Part shown: in pieces, positions 17,806-27,127 of the stretch
Position numbering within the stretch: the stretch's first letter is position 1
Layout of the letters: the number at the start of each line of letters is the position of its first letter
Assembly (NCBI GenBank): GCA_000433755.1
Contig: FR891269.1
Span: forward strand, 1-61,285
From: Clostridium sp. CAG:465
GTDB lineage: Bacteria; Bacillota; Clostridia; TANB77; CAG-465
Direction of reading: 5' to 3'
Length of the DNA: 61,285 bases
Notes under the pieces: model-generated
What the model was told of the DNA's origin: nothing
The model's input: only the letters and a program-made list of their open reading frames with translations
Databases searched by the model: none
Made by a program: the position numbers and the translations under genes

Positions 17806-18548
17806 TATCTAAATTTCTCCATTAGAAAATATATAAAGTCTGTCATCAAAAGGCCTAAATAACTGCAAAAAGAAATAAAAATCTCAATTATTATATCAGG
17901 TCCTGTTAACATTAAAATTACAGTAGCAATTACAATAAATGGCCCAAAAGCAATGTATTCCTCTTTTTCTTTTCTTTTTACAATCATTACAATTATACCA
18001 ATTACAGCTCCTATCATAAATGAAACTAATGTAATAACCAATATATTTTTAATACCAAAAAGAAGTCCAAGTGCAGCCATGAGTTTTACATCGCCAAGTC
18101 CCATTCCTTCTTTTTTTAATATAATAAGGGCTATCAAGTTAAGAGAGTAAAATATTGCTCCACCAATTACTGCACCAAGTAAATAGTTCCACCAATTTGA
18201 TATATTAAAAAATATGTTTACAATACCACAAATAGCAATTAATATACTTACTTCATCTGGTATTAACTGATACTTAAAGTCTATACAAAATGCAATTGAA
18301 AGTGAAAAAATAGTTACAAAATATATAACTGTGGTTATATTAAATCCCATAAAATAGATAAGTAAATTAAAAAGTAATATATAAGTTAAAGAAAAAAGAT
18401 AATCTATTTTAAAATTTTTTACCAAAGTACTAAAAAATTCTTTATATGTAATTTCTTCAGCTACAACAGGAGGAAGCTTTTTATTTAAATGTCCTGCAAC
18501 TTGTCCAAAAAATAATGCAAGCATTGTTGCTATAACATAATAAAACAT
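17805..18548 (-). CDS. Prepilin (type IV leader) peptidase, A24 family
   Basis: The protein is polytopic. The two aspartate motifs are CIDFKYQLIPDE and GLGDVKLMAALG. Confidence 0.85.
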   Translation of the reverse strand: MFYYVIATMLALFFGQVAGHLNKKLPPVVAEEITYKEFFSTLVKNFKIDYLFSLTYILLFNLLIYFMGFNITTVIYFVTIFSLSIAFCIDFKYQLIPDEVSILIAICGIVNIFFNISNWWNYLLGAVIGGAIFYSLNLIALIILKKEGMGLGDVKLMAALGLLFGIKNILVITLVSFMIGAVIGIIVMIVKRKEKEEYIAFGPFIVIATVILMLTGPDIIIEIFISFCSYLGLLMTDFIYFLMEKFR

Positions 18549-19084
18549 TATTTATTATCACCTTCTGCCTTATACTTTTTTAATATAATTCTTTCCAACG
18601 GACGTTTTACTCTGCTAAGTACAGATTCACTTTTATTTATTGGAGTTACAAGTATTGTCTTTACTCCAAATCTATTTCCTCCCCAAATATCAGTAAAAAT
18701 TTGATCCCCTATCATTAATATATTCTCTCTTTTTACATCATTTCTTTCAATTACCTTCTTAAATCCTCTAAGCAATGGTTTTGTTGCATTAAACTCATAA
18801 GACATATTTAATTTTGTAGCAATTTCTCTTACTTTATCTCCAAAAGGTGAATTACTTAAAATACATAACTGAATTTTATTATCTTTCATATTTTTTATCC
18901 ATGCTTTTAATTCTTTATTAAACTTTCTATTATTATCAATAAGTGTATTATCCATATCAAGTATTATTAACCTAATATTTTCTTTTTGTATAAGTTCATA
19001 AGGAATATCTTCCACTTTTTCATAAATATATGCAGGATAAAACCTTTTAAAAAATCCTGTTTTCTTTCCAATTTTATATTCCAT
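18548..19084 (-). CDS. yqeG: YqeG-family HAD-IIIA phosphatase
   Basis: The motifs ILDMDNTL, LSNS and GDQIFTDI are present, and the size is about 175 aa. Confidence 0.8.
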   Translation of the reverse strand: MEYKIGKKTGFFKRFYPAYIYEKVEDIPYELIQKENIRLIILDMDNTLIDNNRKFNKELKAWIKNMKDNKIQLCILSNSPFGDKVREIATKLNMSYEFNATKPLLRGFKKVIERNDVKRENILMIGDQIFTDIWGGNRFGVKTILVTPINKSESVLSRVKRPLERIILKKYKAEGDNK

Positions 19085-19194
19085 AATTTACATCATTTCT
19101 CCAATTAATTATACATATATATTACTATATTTTAGCATTTTTTTCAAGAAATTTTATATATTTATTAATTTAATATTGTATTTTACAAAAATTC

Positions 19195-19223
19195 TTTAAA
19201 ATGTATTTAAAATATGGTATAAT
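19195..19223 (+). promoter_or_regulatory. Putative extended -10 promoter of tyrS
   Basis: TGGTATAAT lies at 19215..19223. The -35 (TTTAAA) is weak. Confidence 0.4.
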
Positions 19224-19253
19224 TTAAAAAGTAACTAGAAAGGATTTGATTTA

Positions 19254-20498
19254 ATGGAAAACATAGAAAACAAGTCAATTTATGAAGTATTAAAAGAAAG
19301 AGATTTAATAAAGCAAATTGCATTTGAAGATGAATTTATAGAACTTTCAAAGAACAAAAAAACTTTTGTATATTTAGGAATAGATCCTACTGCTGATAGT
19401 ATACATATAGGTCACTTTATTCCACTTATGATGATGTCATATTTTCAAAAATGTGGACATACACCTGTGATTCTTGTAGGAGGTGGAACTGCTCTTATAG
19501 GGGACCCTAGTGGAAAGACAGATATGAGAAAAATGCTTACAAAAGAAGATATACAAAACAATGTCAACAGTATAAAAAAACAAATAGAAAAATTTGTCTC
19601 TTTTGAAGGGGATAATGCAGCAATAATTGTTAATAATGCAGATTGGATTTTAGATTTAAATTATATGGATTTTATCCGTACATATGGTGTTCACTTTAAT
19701 ATAAACAGAATGCTTGCAGCAGAATGTTTTAAACAAAGAATGGAAAAAGGACTTACTTTTTTTGAATTAAATTATATGCTTATGCAAAGTTACGACTTTT
19801 TACATTTATTTGAAACTAAAAACTGTCAAGTTGAAATAGGTGGAGATGATCAATGGTCTAATATGCTTGCAGGTGTTGATTTAATTCGTAAAATACACAA
19901 GAAAGGAAGTTTTTGCCTTACTTGCCCACTTCTTTTAAATGCTGATGGAGTAAAAATGGGAAAAACAGTAAATGGTGCTTTATGGCTTGATAGTAAAAAA
20001 ACAAGTCCATATGAATTTTATCAATATTGGAGGAACATTCGTGATAGCGAAGTATATGATGTTTTAAGAATGCTTACATATATTCCTATGGATGAAGTAA
20101 AAAGGCTTTCTTCACTTGAGGGAGAGAAAATAAATGAAGCAAAAAAAATAGCAGCATTTGAAATTACAAAACTAATTCATGGCGAAGAAGAAGCATTAAA
20201 GGCAAAAGAAAGTGCTGAAGCTCTATTTGAAAAAGATAAAAACTCAGCAAATATGCCAACTTTTGATGCTAGTTCTCTATTTGCAAATAATGATAACATA
20301 ACACTTATTGATATATTAGTAGAATCAAAAACAGTTTCCTCTAAATCACAAGCTAGAACTCTTATAGAGCAAGGTGGTATTTCAATAAATGATGAAAAAA
20401 TAACAGATACTAAATATATTTTAAAAAAATCAGAATTTGAGGATAATTTCTTTATTCTAAAAAAAGGTAAAAAAACTTTTATAAAAATTACATTCTAA
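19254..20498 (+). CDS. tyrS: Tyrosine--tRNA ligase
   Basis: The HIGH motif is DSIHIGH and the KMSKS-type motif is VKMGKT. The C-terminal S4 domain contains SKSQARTLIEQGGISIN. Confidence 0.92.
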   Translation: MENIENKSIYEVLKERDLIKQIAFEDEFIELSKNKKTFVYLGIDPTADSIHIGHFIPLMMMSYFQKCGHTPVILVGGGTALIGDPSGKTDMRKMLTKEDIQNNVNSIKKQIEKFVSFEGDNAAIIVNNADWILDLNYMDFIRTYGVHFNINRMLAAECFKQRMEKGLTFFELNYMLMQSYDFLHLFETKNCQVEIGGDDQWSNMLAGVDLIRKIHKKGSFCLTCPLLLNADGVKMGKTVNGALWLDSKKTSPYEFYQYWRNIRDSEVYDVLRMLTYIPMDEVKRLSSLEGEKINEAKKIAAFEITKLIHGEEEALKAKESAEALFEKDKNSANMPTFDASSLFANNDNITLIDILVESKTVSSKSQARTLIEQGGISINDEKITDTKYILKKSEFEDNFFILKKGKKTFIKITF

Positions 20499-20502
20499 AT
20501 TT

Positions 20503-20530
20503 AAAGAAGTAGCAACTTTGCTACTTCTTT
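20503..20530. terminator. Bidirectional intrinsic terminator between the convergent tyrS and spoIID genes
   Basis: It has a perfect 12-bp stem (AAAGAAGTAGCA/TGCTACTTCTTT) with a 4-nt loop. Confidence 0.7.
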
Positions 20531-21870
20531 ATTATTGTTATTCCTGTATAATAATGCTTTAATATTTGAGAATAGTTATATCCTGCTTTTGCCATTTCAT
20601 TAGCACCATATTGACTCATTCCTACCCCATGACCCCAACCTTTAGTTGTAAACACTATATTACTACCATTTTCTGATACAGTAAAGTCAGATGATCTAAG
20701 ACCAAGTAACATTCTTACATTAACTCCTGTAAACTCTTTTCCTCCAATTATAATGCTATTTACTCTTCCACCTGTTGTTTGACTTTTTATTTGTATATCA
20801 TTTACTGAGTTAATATTTACACCTAGTTTCTGGTTTAATTCTGATATTGGTATAGTTTTTGTTGCATTAAAAAATTTCGTTCCTATATCCCATTTACTAT
20901 CAACACTTTTTAAATATGGGGCACTATAGTTCCATACATATATTGGATCTTCAGTTCTTCCGTTACTAGTAGAAAAATATAACGCATCTATATATTTTCC
21001 ATTATACATCATAACCTCTCCCTTAGTAGCCATGACAGCTTTTTTTACCTTTTCATAATATGTATTAAAAGATTCTCCCCACATGCCTTTTAATTCTGAA
21101 TTTGTTTTATATACCTGATCAGAAGTTGAAGCAACCAAAGTAGCTCCAACCGAATCCTTTTTCAAAGCATATGTTCTTGCAGCTATTGACTGAGCTTTTA
21201 AAGCCTCTTCATTAAATAAAGCTGGCATCTCAGAGCCAACTACACCTATAACGTATTCTTCTAAAGTGATATTTATAATTTTCCCATTATTCAATTTTAC
21301 CTTTACCGTTTTTTCTTGTCTTACTTCTTCTATTGGCATATTACTATTTAAAGTATTGTTTACCTTACTAATAGTATTGGTATTTTCAAGATAATTAGAT
21401 TTACTATCTAAACTTTCAACTTTTACAGCAGATACATTGGAATCAGATACATTTACTAAAAGATTATCTACTTTTTTATTACCTTCTTCAATTTTATCAG
21501 CATCCGTGTCTAAAATTTCTTCTTCACTTATACTACTATCCGCAACTATATTTTCACCTTCATCTGCAACTTTTGCCACCAAGTTTGTTTCTTTTGTGTT
21601 AGTATTACTTACATTTGGTCCAATTATTTGTGATATTGCAAAAGTACCTATAATAACTCCATTTAAAACTAATATTGCTGTTGCATCTTTAACACTTTCA
21701 AGATGACTTTTTACATATTTTTTTATTTCAGAAGTAACTTCTTTTACCTTTTCCTTATATCTATCAAAATCTAAACCAAATTCATATTCAAATGGATAGT
21801 CAGCATAAACAACAAACTCTTTTTTATTATTTATAATTTCAAATTTGTGACACACCTTAATATAATTCAT
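20521..21870 (-). CDS. spoIID: Stage II sporulation protein D (SpoIID/LytB domain) with a long N-terminal extension
   Basis: The motifs YFSTSNGRTED, PYLKSVDS and GHGVGMSQYGA are present. Confidence 0.85.
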   Translation of the reverse strand: MNYIKVCHKFEIINNKKEFVVYADYPFEYEFGLDFDRYKEKVKEVTSEIKKYVKSHLESVKDATAILVLNGVIIGTFAISQIIGPNVSNTNTKETNLVAKVADEGENIVADSSISEEEILDTDADKIEEGNKKVDNLLVNVSDSNVSAVKVESLDSKSNYLENTNTISKVNNTLNSNMPIEEVRQEKTVKVKLNNGKIINITLEEYVIGVVGSEMPALFNEEALKAQSIAARTYALKKDSVGATLVASTSDQVYKTNSELKGMWGESFNTYYEKVKKAVMATKGEVMMYNGKYIDALYFSTSNGRTEDPIYVWNYSAPYLKSVDSKWDIGTKFFNATKTIPISELNQKLGVNINSVNDIQIKSQTTGGRVNSIIIGGKEFTGVNVRMLLGLRSSDFTVSENGSNIVFTTKGWGHGVGMSQYGANEMAKAGYNYSQILKHYYTGITIIKK

Positions 21871-21983
21871 ATAATCACCTATATTTATATTGTGTATATA
21901 TATTATAATTATTCAGTTTTTTTCTATTAAAGACTTAAAGCTATAATGCAAATTTTAACTAAAAATATATTAATTAATTAATT

Positions 21984-22025
21984 AAAAAAAAAGCTCTAAA
22001 ATATTGATTTTTCAATATTCTAAAG
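21984..22025 (-). terminator. Terminator downstream of tRNA-Glu
   Basis: An imperfect 15-bp stem is followed by a 9-nt T-run on the minus strand. Confidence 0.5.
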
Positions 22026-22032
22026 CCAAAAT

Positions 22033-22107
22033 TGGTGACCCCTACGGGAATCGAACCCATGATTCCACCTTGAGAGGGTGGCGTCTTAACCGCTTGACCA
22101 AGGGGCC
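22033..22107 (-). tRNA. tRNA-Glu (anticodon CUC)
   Basis: The 75-nt sequence is GGCCCCTTGGTCAAGCGGTTAAGACGCCACCCTCTCAAGGTGGAATCATGGGTTCGATTCCCGTAGGGGTCACCA. It folds into a cloverleaf by hand. The anticodon loop is CT-CTC-AA, and the CCA end is encoded. Confidence 0.85.
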
Positions 22108-22119
22108 AATAATGTGTTT

Positions 22120-22148
22120 ATTATACCACATATTTTTTGAATAGTAAA
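22120..22148 (-). promoter_or_regulatory. Promoter of tRNA-Glu
   Basis: The minus strand reads TTTACT-17 nt-TATAAT, with a TG extended -10. Confidence 0.5.
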
Positions 22149-22196
22149 TAGTTTGATAAAAAAATAGGAAAAGATTTATTTCTTTTCCTAAATTTA

Positions 22197-23189
22197 TTAC
22201 TTAACTTCATTTACACAACTACCTTTTTCAAATATTTCCTTTATATTTTCACAAGTATCTCCTGCAATTTTATTTAACGCTTCTTTAGTAAAGAATGCTT
22301 GATGTGATGTAACAACAACGTTAGGCATTGTTAAAAGTGTTGATAAGTTTTTATCTCTTAAAGTTGAATTTGATAGATCATTCATGAAGAAATCTCCCTC
22401 ATTTTCATAAACATCTAAAGCAGCTCCACCAATTTTACCATTTGCAAGTTCTTCAATTAAGTCATTTGTATCTACAAGTTTTCCTCTACTTGTATTTATT
22501 ATTACAACTCCATCTTTCATCTTTTCAATAGATTTTTTATTAATCATCTTAACATTATCATCAGTTAATGGACAATGAATAGATATAATATCTGAATTTT
22601 TATACAATTCATCAAGTGAAACATATTCAAACTCTTTTTCCTTTGCAAATTCTTCATCTTTATACACATCATATGCTATAACATTTGCTCCAAATCCCTT
22701 CATAATATTGATAAAACATTTACCAATCCTTCCTGTACCAATAACCCCGACTGTTTTTCCATGAATATCAAATCCAAGAAGTCCATTTAGTGTAAAATTA
22801 TATTCTTTTGATCTTTGATATGCTTTGTATGTTTTTCTATTAAGTGTTAGTAATAACGCTGATGCATGCTCTGCTACAGCATATGGTGAGTATGCAGGAA
22901 CCCTTACAGCCTTTATATTTTCATCTAAACATTTTAAGTCAACATTGTTGAATCCAGCGCAACGAAGTGCAATAAGTTTTACACCACATTCTTTAAGAAT
23001 ATTTATTGTTTTTTCATCTACAATGTCATTTACAAAAACACATACCACATCATATCCTTTTGACATATATGCTGTTTTCTCACAAAGTTTTTCTTCAATA
23101 TATTTTATTTCATATCCATAGTTTTTATTATGTTCATCAAAAACTTTTTTATCATAATCTTTTGTATCAAAAAATGCAATTTTTATCAT
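22197..23189 (-). CDS. ldhA: D-lactate dehydrogenase / D-isomer-specific 2-hydroxyacid dehydrogenase
   Basis: The protein is collinear with my recollection of E. coli LdhA. Matches include MIKIAFFDTKDYDK, LRCAGFNNVDL, GVIGTGRIG and TSHQAFFT. Confidence 0.85.
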   Translation of the reverse strand: MIKIAFFDTKDYDKKVFDEHNKNYGYEIKYIEEKLCEKTAYMSKGYDVVCVFVNDIVDEKTINILKECGVKLIALRCAGFNNVDLKCLDENIKAVRVPAYSPYAVAEHASALLLTLNRKTYKAYQRSKEYNFTLNGLLGFDIHGKTVGVIGTGRIGKCFINIMKGFGANVIAYDVYKDEEFAKEKEFEYVSLDELYKNSDIISIHCPLTDDNVKMINKKSIEKMKDGVVIINTSRGKLVDTNDLIEELANGKIGGAALDVYENEGDFFMNDLSNSTLRDKNLSTLLTMPNVVVTSHQAFFTKEALNKIAGDTCENIKEIFEKGSCVNEVK

Positions 23190-23329
23190 ATAATCTCCTC
23201 CTCATTATCCTTTTTATTATATCACTATTTTTAGTATAACTCAATAATTTTAAAAAAATTACCAAATAAACTATTTTAAATATATTTTTTATATGTTATA
23301 ATAAAATATATTCAATTAAGGAGGAATAC

Positions 23330-24592
23330 ATGGAAAATGATATAATAGAAAAAAAAGCCAGAAAAAATATTGCTTTATACAGAAAATATAAAACATTTTC
23401 ATATGACTTTTTATTTTATTATGCTGTATTCGTTTTATATCTAACAATTACAAAAGGGTTCTCAATGTCGCAAGTAATGTTTATAAACTCAGCATACTCT
23501 GTTTTTTGCATTATTTTTTACTTTTTTGGAAATTCAATTGTAAATAAATTAAACTTAAAATACAGTACAATACTTGGAAATGTATTTGTACTTATAAATG
23601 GTATACTATTTTTATTTGGAAATTCGTATTCAACTTTTTTAATTGCTAATTTCTTTGGAGCATTCGGATTTACTTTAAAAAATATAAGTGAAAGTAGTAT
23701 TTTATATTCATCACTTAGGAAATTAAAAAAAGCTCCTGAATTCTCAAAAATAGAGGGAAAATCAAACTCAAAATATTACTACTATGATGCTTTTGCATCT
23801 TTGGTGTCTGGATTCCTATTTGTAATTAATAACTACATTCCAATCATACTTTGCTGTATAAACTTGATTATAAGTCTAGTTATTTCAATAAATTTTGCAA
23901 ATGTTGACAAAAAAGATAGTAATGAAAAATACACATTAAAAGATATGCTAAAAGAAACAAAAAATATTTTAAATAGTAATAGACTAAAAGCATTGTACTT
24001 ATTTTCTTTTATTTTTACAGGAATAGTTACTGTAAGTACTACATTATATAAAGCTATTTTAATTGATGTGGGAATAAAAAATGAATATACAACAATAATC
24101 GTATGTATTGTATCTATTTTTATTGGAATAGGTGCAAAGCATTTATTTAATATTGAAAATATAACTAAAAATAAAACATTAAAGTTCTTATCCCTTGCTT
24201 TTGTAATTGCTCTATTTTTTGTTGGAATAGTTGGGACAAGTTCTTCACTTAATATTACAAATATGTCAATATTACTTATTTCTCTTTCACTAATGGGACT
24301 TGTACAAGGAGCATATAGGGTAGCACTAAAAAAATATATCCTCAGTTTCACTACACATAAAATACGAAATAGAATAACTGCTACATATTATATATTTGAA
24401 AATTTAGGCTCAGCTTTACTTTCTGCCTGCTTAGCGCTTCTTCTTAATTATACAACAAATTCTGTAGCATGCTTAATATTCTCAATTATTAGTTTTGTTA
24501 TATTAATATTTGTTATATACTACATGAAAGGAAGGACTGGCCTTAGACCTGAACAGTACGCACCTAAAGACATAAATAATGTAAAATTATAA
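23330..24592 (+). CDS. MFS-type transporter
   Basis: The 420-aa protein has about 12 predicted TM helices and a central basic loop. Confidence 0.7.
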   Translation: MENDIIEKKARKNIALYRKYKTFSYDFLFYYAVFVLYLTITKGFSMSQVMFINSAYSVFCIIFYFFGNSIVNKLNLKYSTILGNVFVLINGILFLFGNSYSTFLIANFFGAFGFTLKNISESSILYSSLRKLKKAPEFSKIEGKSNSKYYYYDAFASLVSGFLFVINNYIPIILCCINLIISLVISINFANVDKKDSNEKYTLKDMLKETKNILNSNRLKALYLFSFIFTGIVTVSTTLYKAILIDVGIKNEYTTIIVCIVSIFIGIGAKHLFNIENITKNKTLKFLSLAFVIALFFVGIVGTSSSLNITNMSILLISLSLMGLVQGAYRVALKKYILSFTTHKIRNRITATYYIFENLGSALLSACLALLLNYTTNSVACLIFSIISFVILIFVIYYMKGRTGLRPEQYAPKDINNVKL

Positions 24593-24599
24593 ATAAAAG

Positions 24600-24630
24600 C
24601 CTCTGAATAGTTTAATATTCAGAGGTTTAA
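24600..24630 (+). terminator. Intrinsic terminator of the MFS gene
   Basis: A perfect 10-bp stem (CCTCTGAATA/TATTCAGAGG) is followed by a T-rich tract. Confidence 0.7.
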
Positions 24631-24639
24631 TTTAATGCA

Positions 24640-24864
24640 ATATAAATGATAGAATCAATATCATGAATATATCCAACAATACAAATCCTATACATGATAA
24701 TACAGAAGTACACCTTTCTTTGCTGCTATCACCTTTAATTCATCTAAACTAGCAGCTGGATTTTCATTTTATATTTTATCTACTTTTCTTTTTTCTATAT
24801 CTTTTAGAGTTGCTTTTAATGCTTCTAAATTTCCATGTATATCTGAGATAATTGCTATTTTCAT
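24640..24864 (-). pseudogene. Metallophosphoesterase (YfcE/MJ0936-like) gene relic
   Basis: An SD and ATG are followed by MKIAIISDIHGNLEALKATLKDIEKRKVDKI*. This is the classic DxH(G)N N-terminal motif, terminated after 31 codons. Downstream there are only out-of-frame fragments. Confidence 0.5.
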
Positions 24865-24887
24865 TATTTTATGACTTCCTTTCTATT

Positions 24888-25400
24888 TTATTTTTTGTTT
24901 ATTATTTTTTCTAAATTATAGTCTATTCCCAAAATATTCTCTTGCTCATCCACTTTTATATGCAAATTAAAATTGCGATTGTCATCTATTAATCCTTTTA
25001 TAAGAAATTTATCTAATAAAATTATATTCGACAATATTTTTTCTTTTTTCAACAATTCATCTATATCTATCCACTCTGATGTATTTTCCTCAAACTCCTG
25101 TGGCTCTCCTTCATATTCCCTAGAGATAAATGTGTCCAATACAAACATCCTATCCGGATATTCTATTGTCATAATTCCTTTATATTTTAAATTTTGTATT
25201 TCTATTCCTGTTTCTTCTTTCATTTCTCTTATTGCTGTTTGTTTTGGGCATTCTCCTTCCTCAATTTTGCCTCCAGGTATATCGTAATATCCTTCTTTTT
25301 TATTACCTTTTTTATATTTTGTTACCACTACTTCATTGTCTTTTATTAAATAGCATCGTACTGCCTTTCTTATTGGCTTGTCCATAATATTTCTCTCCAA
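24888..25400 (-). CDS. NUDIX hydrolase (MutT-like)
   Basis: The Nudix box is GGKIEEGECPKQTAIREMKEETGI. Confidence 0.85.
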   Translation of the reverse strand: MERNIMDKPIRKAVRCYLIKDNEVVVTKYKKGNKKEGYYDIPGGKIEEGECPKQTAIREMKEETGIEIQNLKYKGIMTIEYPDRMFVLDTFISREYEGEPQEFEENTSEWIDIDELLKKEKILSNIILLDKFLIKGLIDDNRNFNLHIKVDEQENILGIDYNLEKIINKK

Positions 25401-25508
25401 TCCTATATATATTCTGAATCTCTTATATTTTTAATTATATCAATTCTTCTTTTACATCTAACCAATTATTTACTCTTACTATCCCTTTAGCTTTAAGTTC
25501 GTTATCAG

Positions 25509-25808
25509 TTAATTTTTTATTTCTAAATTCTGTAAATAATAACTTTTTGAACTTTGTGTATATGCACTAATTTTTAAAAGGAAAATTACAGCTACCATAA
25601 TTAATAGTTGCATTAAAATATATTCAGCACCAAAATCTACAATACCACTTATTAAGAGAAGAAACGGAGCAATAGCAAGTAGTATAAAAAAAGCAAAAGC
25701 TACATATGCATTAGCAGGCATTTTTTTTACTTTCATTCTTCCATTTCTTAAATGCATTTCTCCATTACTAAACTCTACACTAGCTATATTATCACTATTC
25801 ATACTCAA
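25509..25808 (-). CDS. Small membrane protein, hypothetical
   Basis: The 99-aa protein has two hydrophobic helices. No family was recognised. Confidence 0.45.
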   Translation of the reverse strand: MSMNSDNIASVEFSNGEMHLRNGRMKVKKMPANAYVAFAFFILLAIAPFLLLISGIVDFGAEYILMQLLIMVAVIFLLKISAYTQSSKSYYLQNLEIKN

Positions 25809-26004
25809 ACCTCCTTTAAAATAAATATATCATATAAAAAAATTAATGAAATCTTAAATTTATTATATATTAACTTACAAATTTCTACTTTTTTATACCA
25901 TTTTTCCAACACATATAGTATATACATTAAATAGAAAAAAATCAACCATTTTACTGATTGATTTTCATATCTATCTGTTTTATTAGTTCGAACAGATACG
26001 TCAT

Positions 26005-26093
26005 TGGTGGGAATGACCGGAATCGAACCGGTACGAGGTTTAACCCTCGCAGGATTTTAAGTCCTGTGCGTCTGCCAGTTCCGCCACACTCCC
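26005..26093 (-). tRNA. tRNA-Leu (anticodon UAA), class II with a long variable arm
   Basis: The 89-nt sequence is GGGAGTGTGGCGGAACTGGCAGACGCACAGGACTTAAAATCCTGCGAGGGTTAAACCTCGTACCGGTTCGATTCCGGTCATTCCCACCA. The anticodon loop is CT-TAA-AA. Confidence 0.9.
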
Positions 26094-26130
26094 AAATTTT
26101 GCAGACATCATCTATTTGATGACGTAATTA

Positions 26131-26159
26131 ATTATAACATCTTTTTTTTTAGTTGTCAA
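26131..26159 (-). promoter_or_regulatory. Perfect consensus sigma-A promoter of tRNA-Leu
   Basis: The minus strand reads TTGACA-17 nt-TATAAT. Confidence 0.6.
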
Positions 26160-26179
26160 TTGTTTAATAAAATTTTAGC

Positions 26180-26207
26180 AAAAAAAGTACGTGAATTTAC
26201 ACGTACT
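26180..26207 (-). terminator. Intrinsic terminator of secF
   Basis: An 8-bp GC-containing stem (AGTACGTG/CACGTACT) is followed by a T-run on the minus strand. Confidence 0.7.
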
Positions 26208-26211
26208 CTAA

Positions 26212-27126
26212 TTACCTTCTTTTTTTCTTCTTATCTTTTGAAAATTTTGATACAACTGAATCTAATTCATACCATAGAGATGATGCAATAAATATTGATG
26301 AATAAGTTCCAACTAAAACACCTATTGTAAGTGGTAGTGAAAATTCTTTAAGAACTGTTTGGTTATTTACAAGAGCAAATACAAATACAACTAAAATAGC
26401 AACAATAGTTGTAAGTGATGTATAAATAGTTCTTTTCATTGTTTGATTTAAACTTGTATTAATTGTATCTTTCATATCACTAGATTTTGTAACTTTTCTT
26501 CTATTCTCTCTAATTCTGTCATATATTATAATTGTATCATTTATAGAATAACCAATAATTGTAAGTATAACTGCAACAAACGTTGAATTTATTGGTAACT
26601 TAAATATTCCATATATTGCTATAATAAACAACGCATCATGAATAAGAGCTATAATTGCTGTAATTGCAGCTGTAAATCCAAGTGTCTTAAATCTTATTCC
26701 AATATATAAAAGAATAAGTACTACAGCCACACCTAAAGCTAGTAAAGCTGAATTTAAAAGTTCATTACCATAAGATGGTTGAACATTTCTAACAGAAGGT
26801 TCACCCATATTAGTATATTTATTTTTTAATCCTTCAACAACTTTATCTGATTCATCTTCTGACATAACATCAGTTGTTATTGTAACTGAAGATGTACCAC
26901 CTGTCATTTTTTGAACTAAAGCCGTTTTTCCAACAGTTTCTTTAACTATATTTTCAATATCATTATTATTAAAATCTTCTTTTAAGTCCACTTCTATTTT
27001 TGTTCCACCTTTAAAATCGATGTCAAATTTAAATCCTGTAACAAGTCCAAATGTAATTCCACCAATAATTACTAAAAGTGAGAAAGCAAAAAATACATAT
27101 CTATATTTTAAAAAATCTATTTTCAT
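26212..27126 (-). CDS. secF: Protein translocase subunit SecF
   Basis: The motifs FDIDFKGGT and INDTIIIYDRIREN are present, with six TM helices. Confidence 0.9.
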   Translation of the reverse strand: MKIDFLKYRYVFFAFSLLVIIGGITFGLVTGFKFDIDFKGGTKIEVDLKEDFNNNDIENIVKETVGKTALVQKMTGGTSSVTITTDVMSEDESDKVVEGLKNKYTNMGEPSVRNVQPSYGNELLNSALLALGVAVVLILLYIGIRFKTLGFTAAITAIIALIHDALFIIAIYGIFKLPINSTFVAVILTIIGYSINDTIIIYDRIRENRRKVTKSSDMKDTINTSLNQTMKRTIYTSLTTIVAILVVFVFALVNNQTVLKEFSLPLTIGVLVGTYSSIFIASSLWYELDSVVSKFSKDKKKKRR

Positions 27127-27127
27127 A

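Noticed and set aside
19085-19253. I looked for a T-box riboswitch upstream of tyrS.
   Set aside because: Only about 170 nt are available, and part of that is promoter. I could find no T-box sequence (..GGTGGTACCGCG-like), specifier-loop architecture or terminator hairpin.
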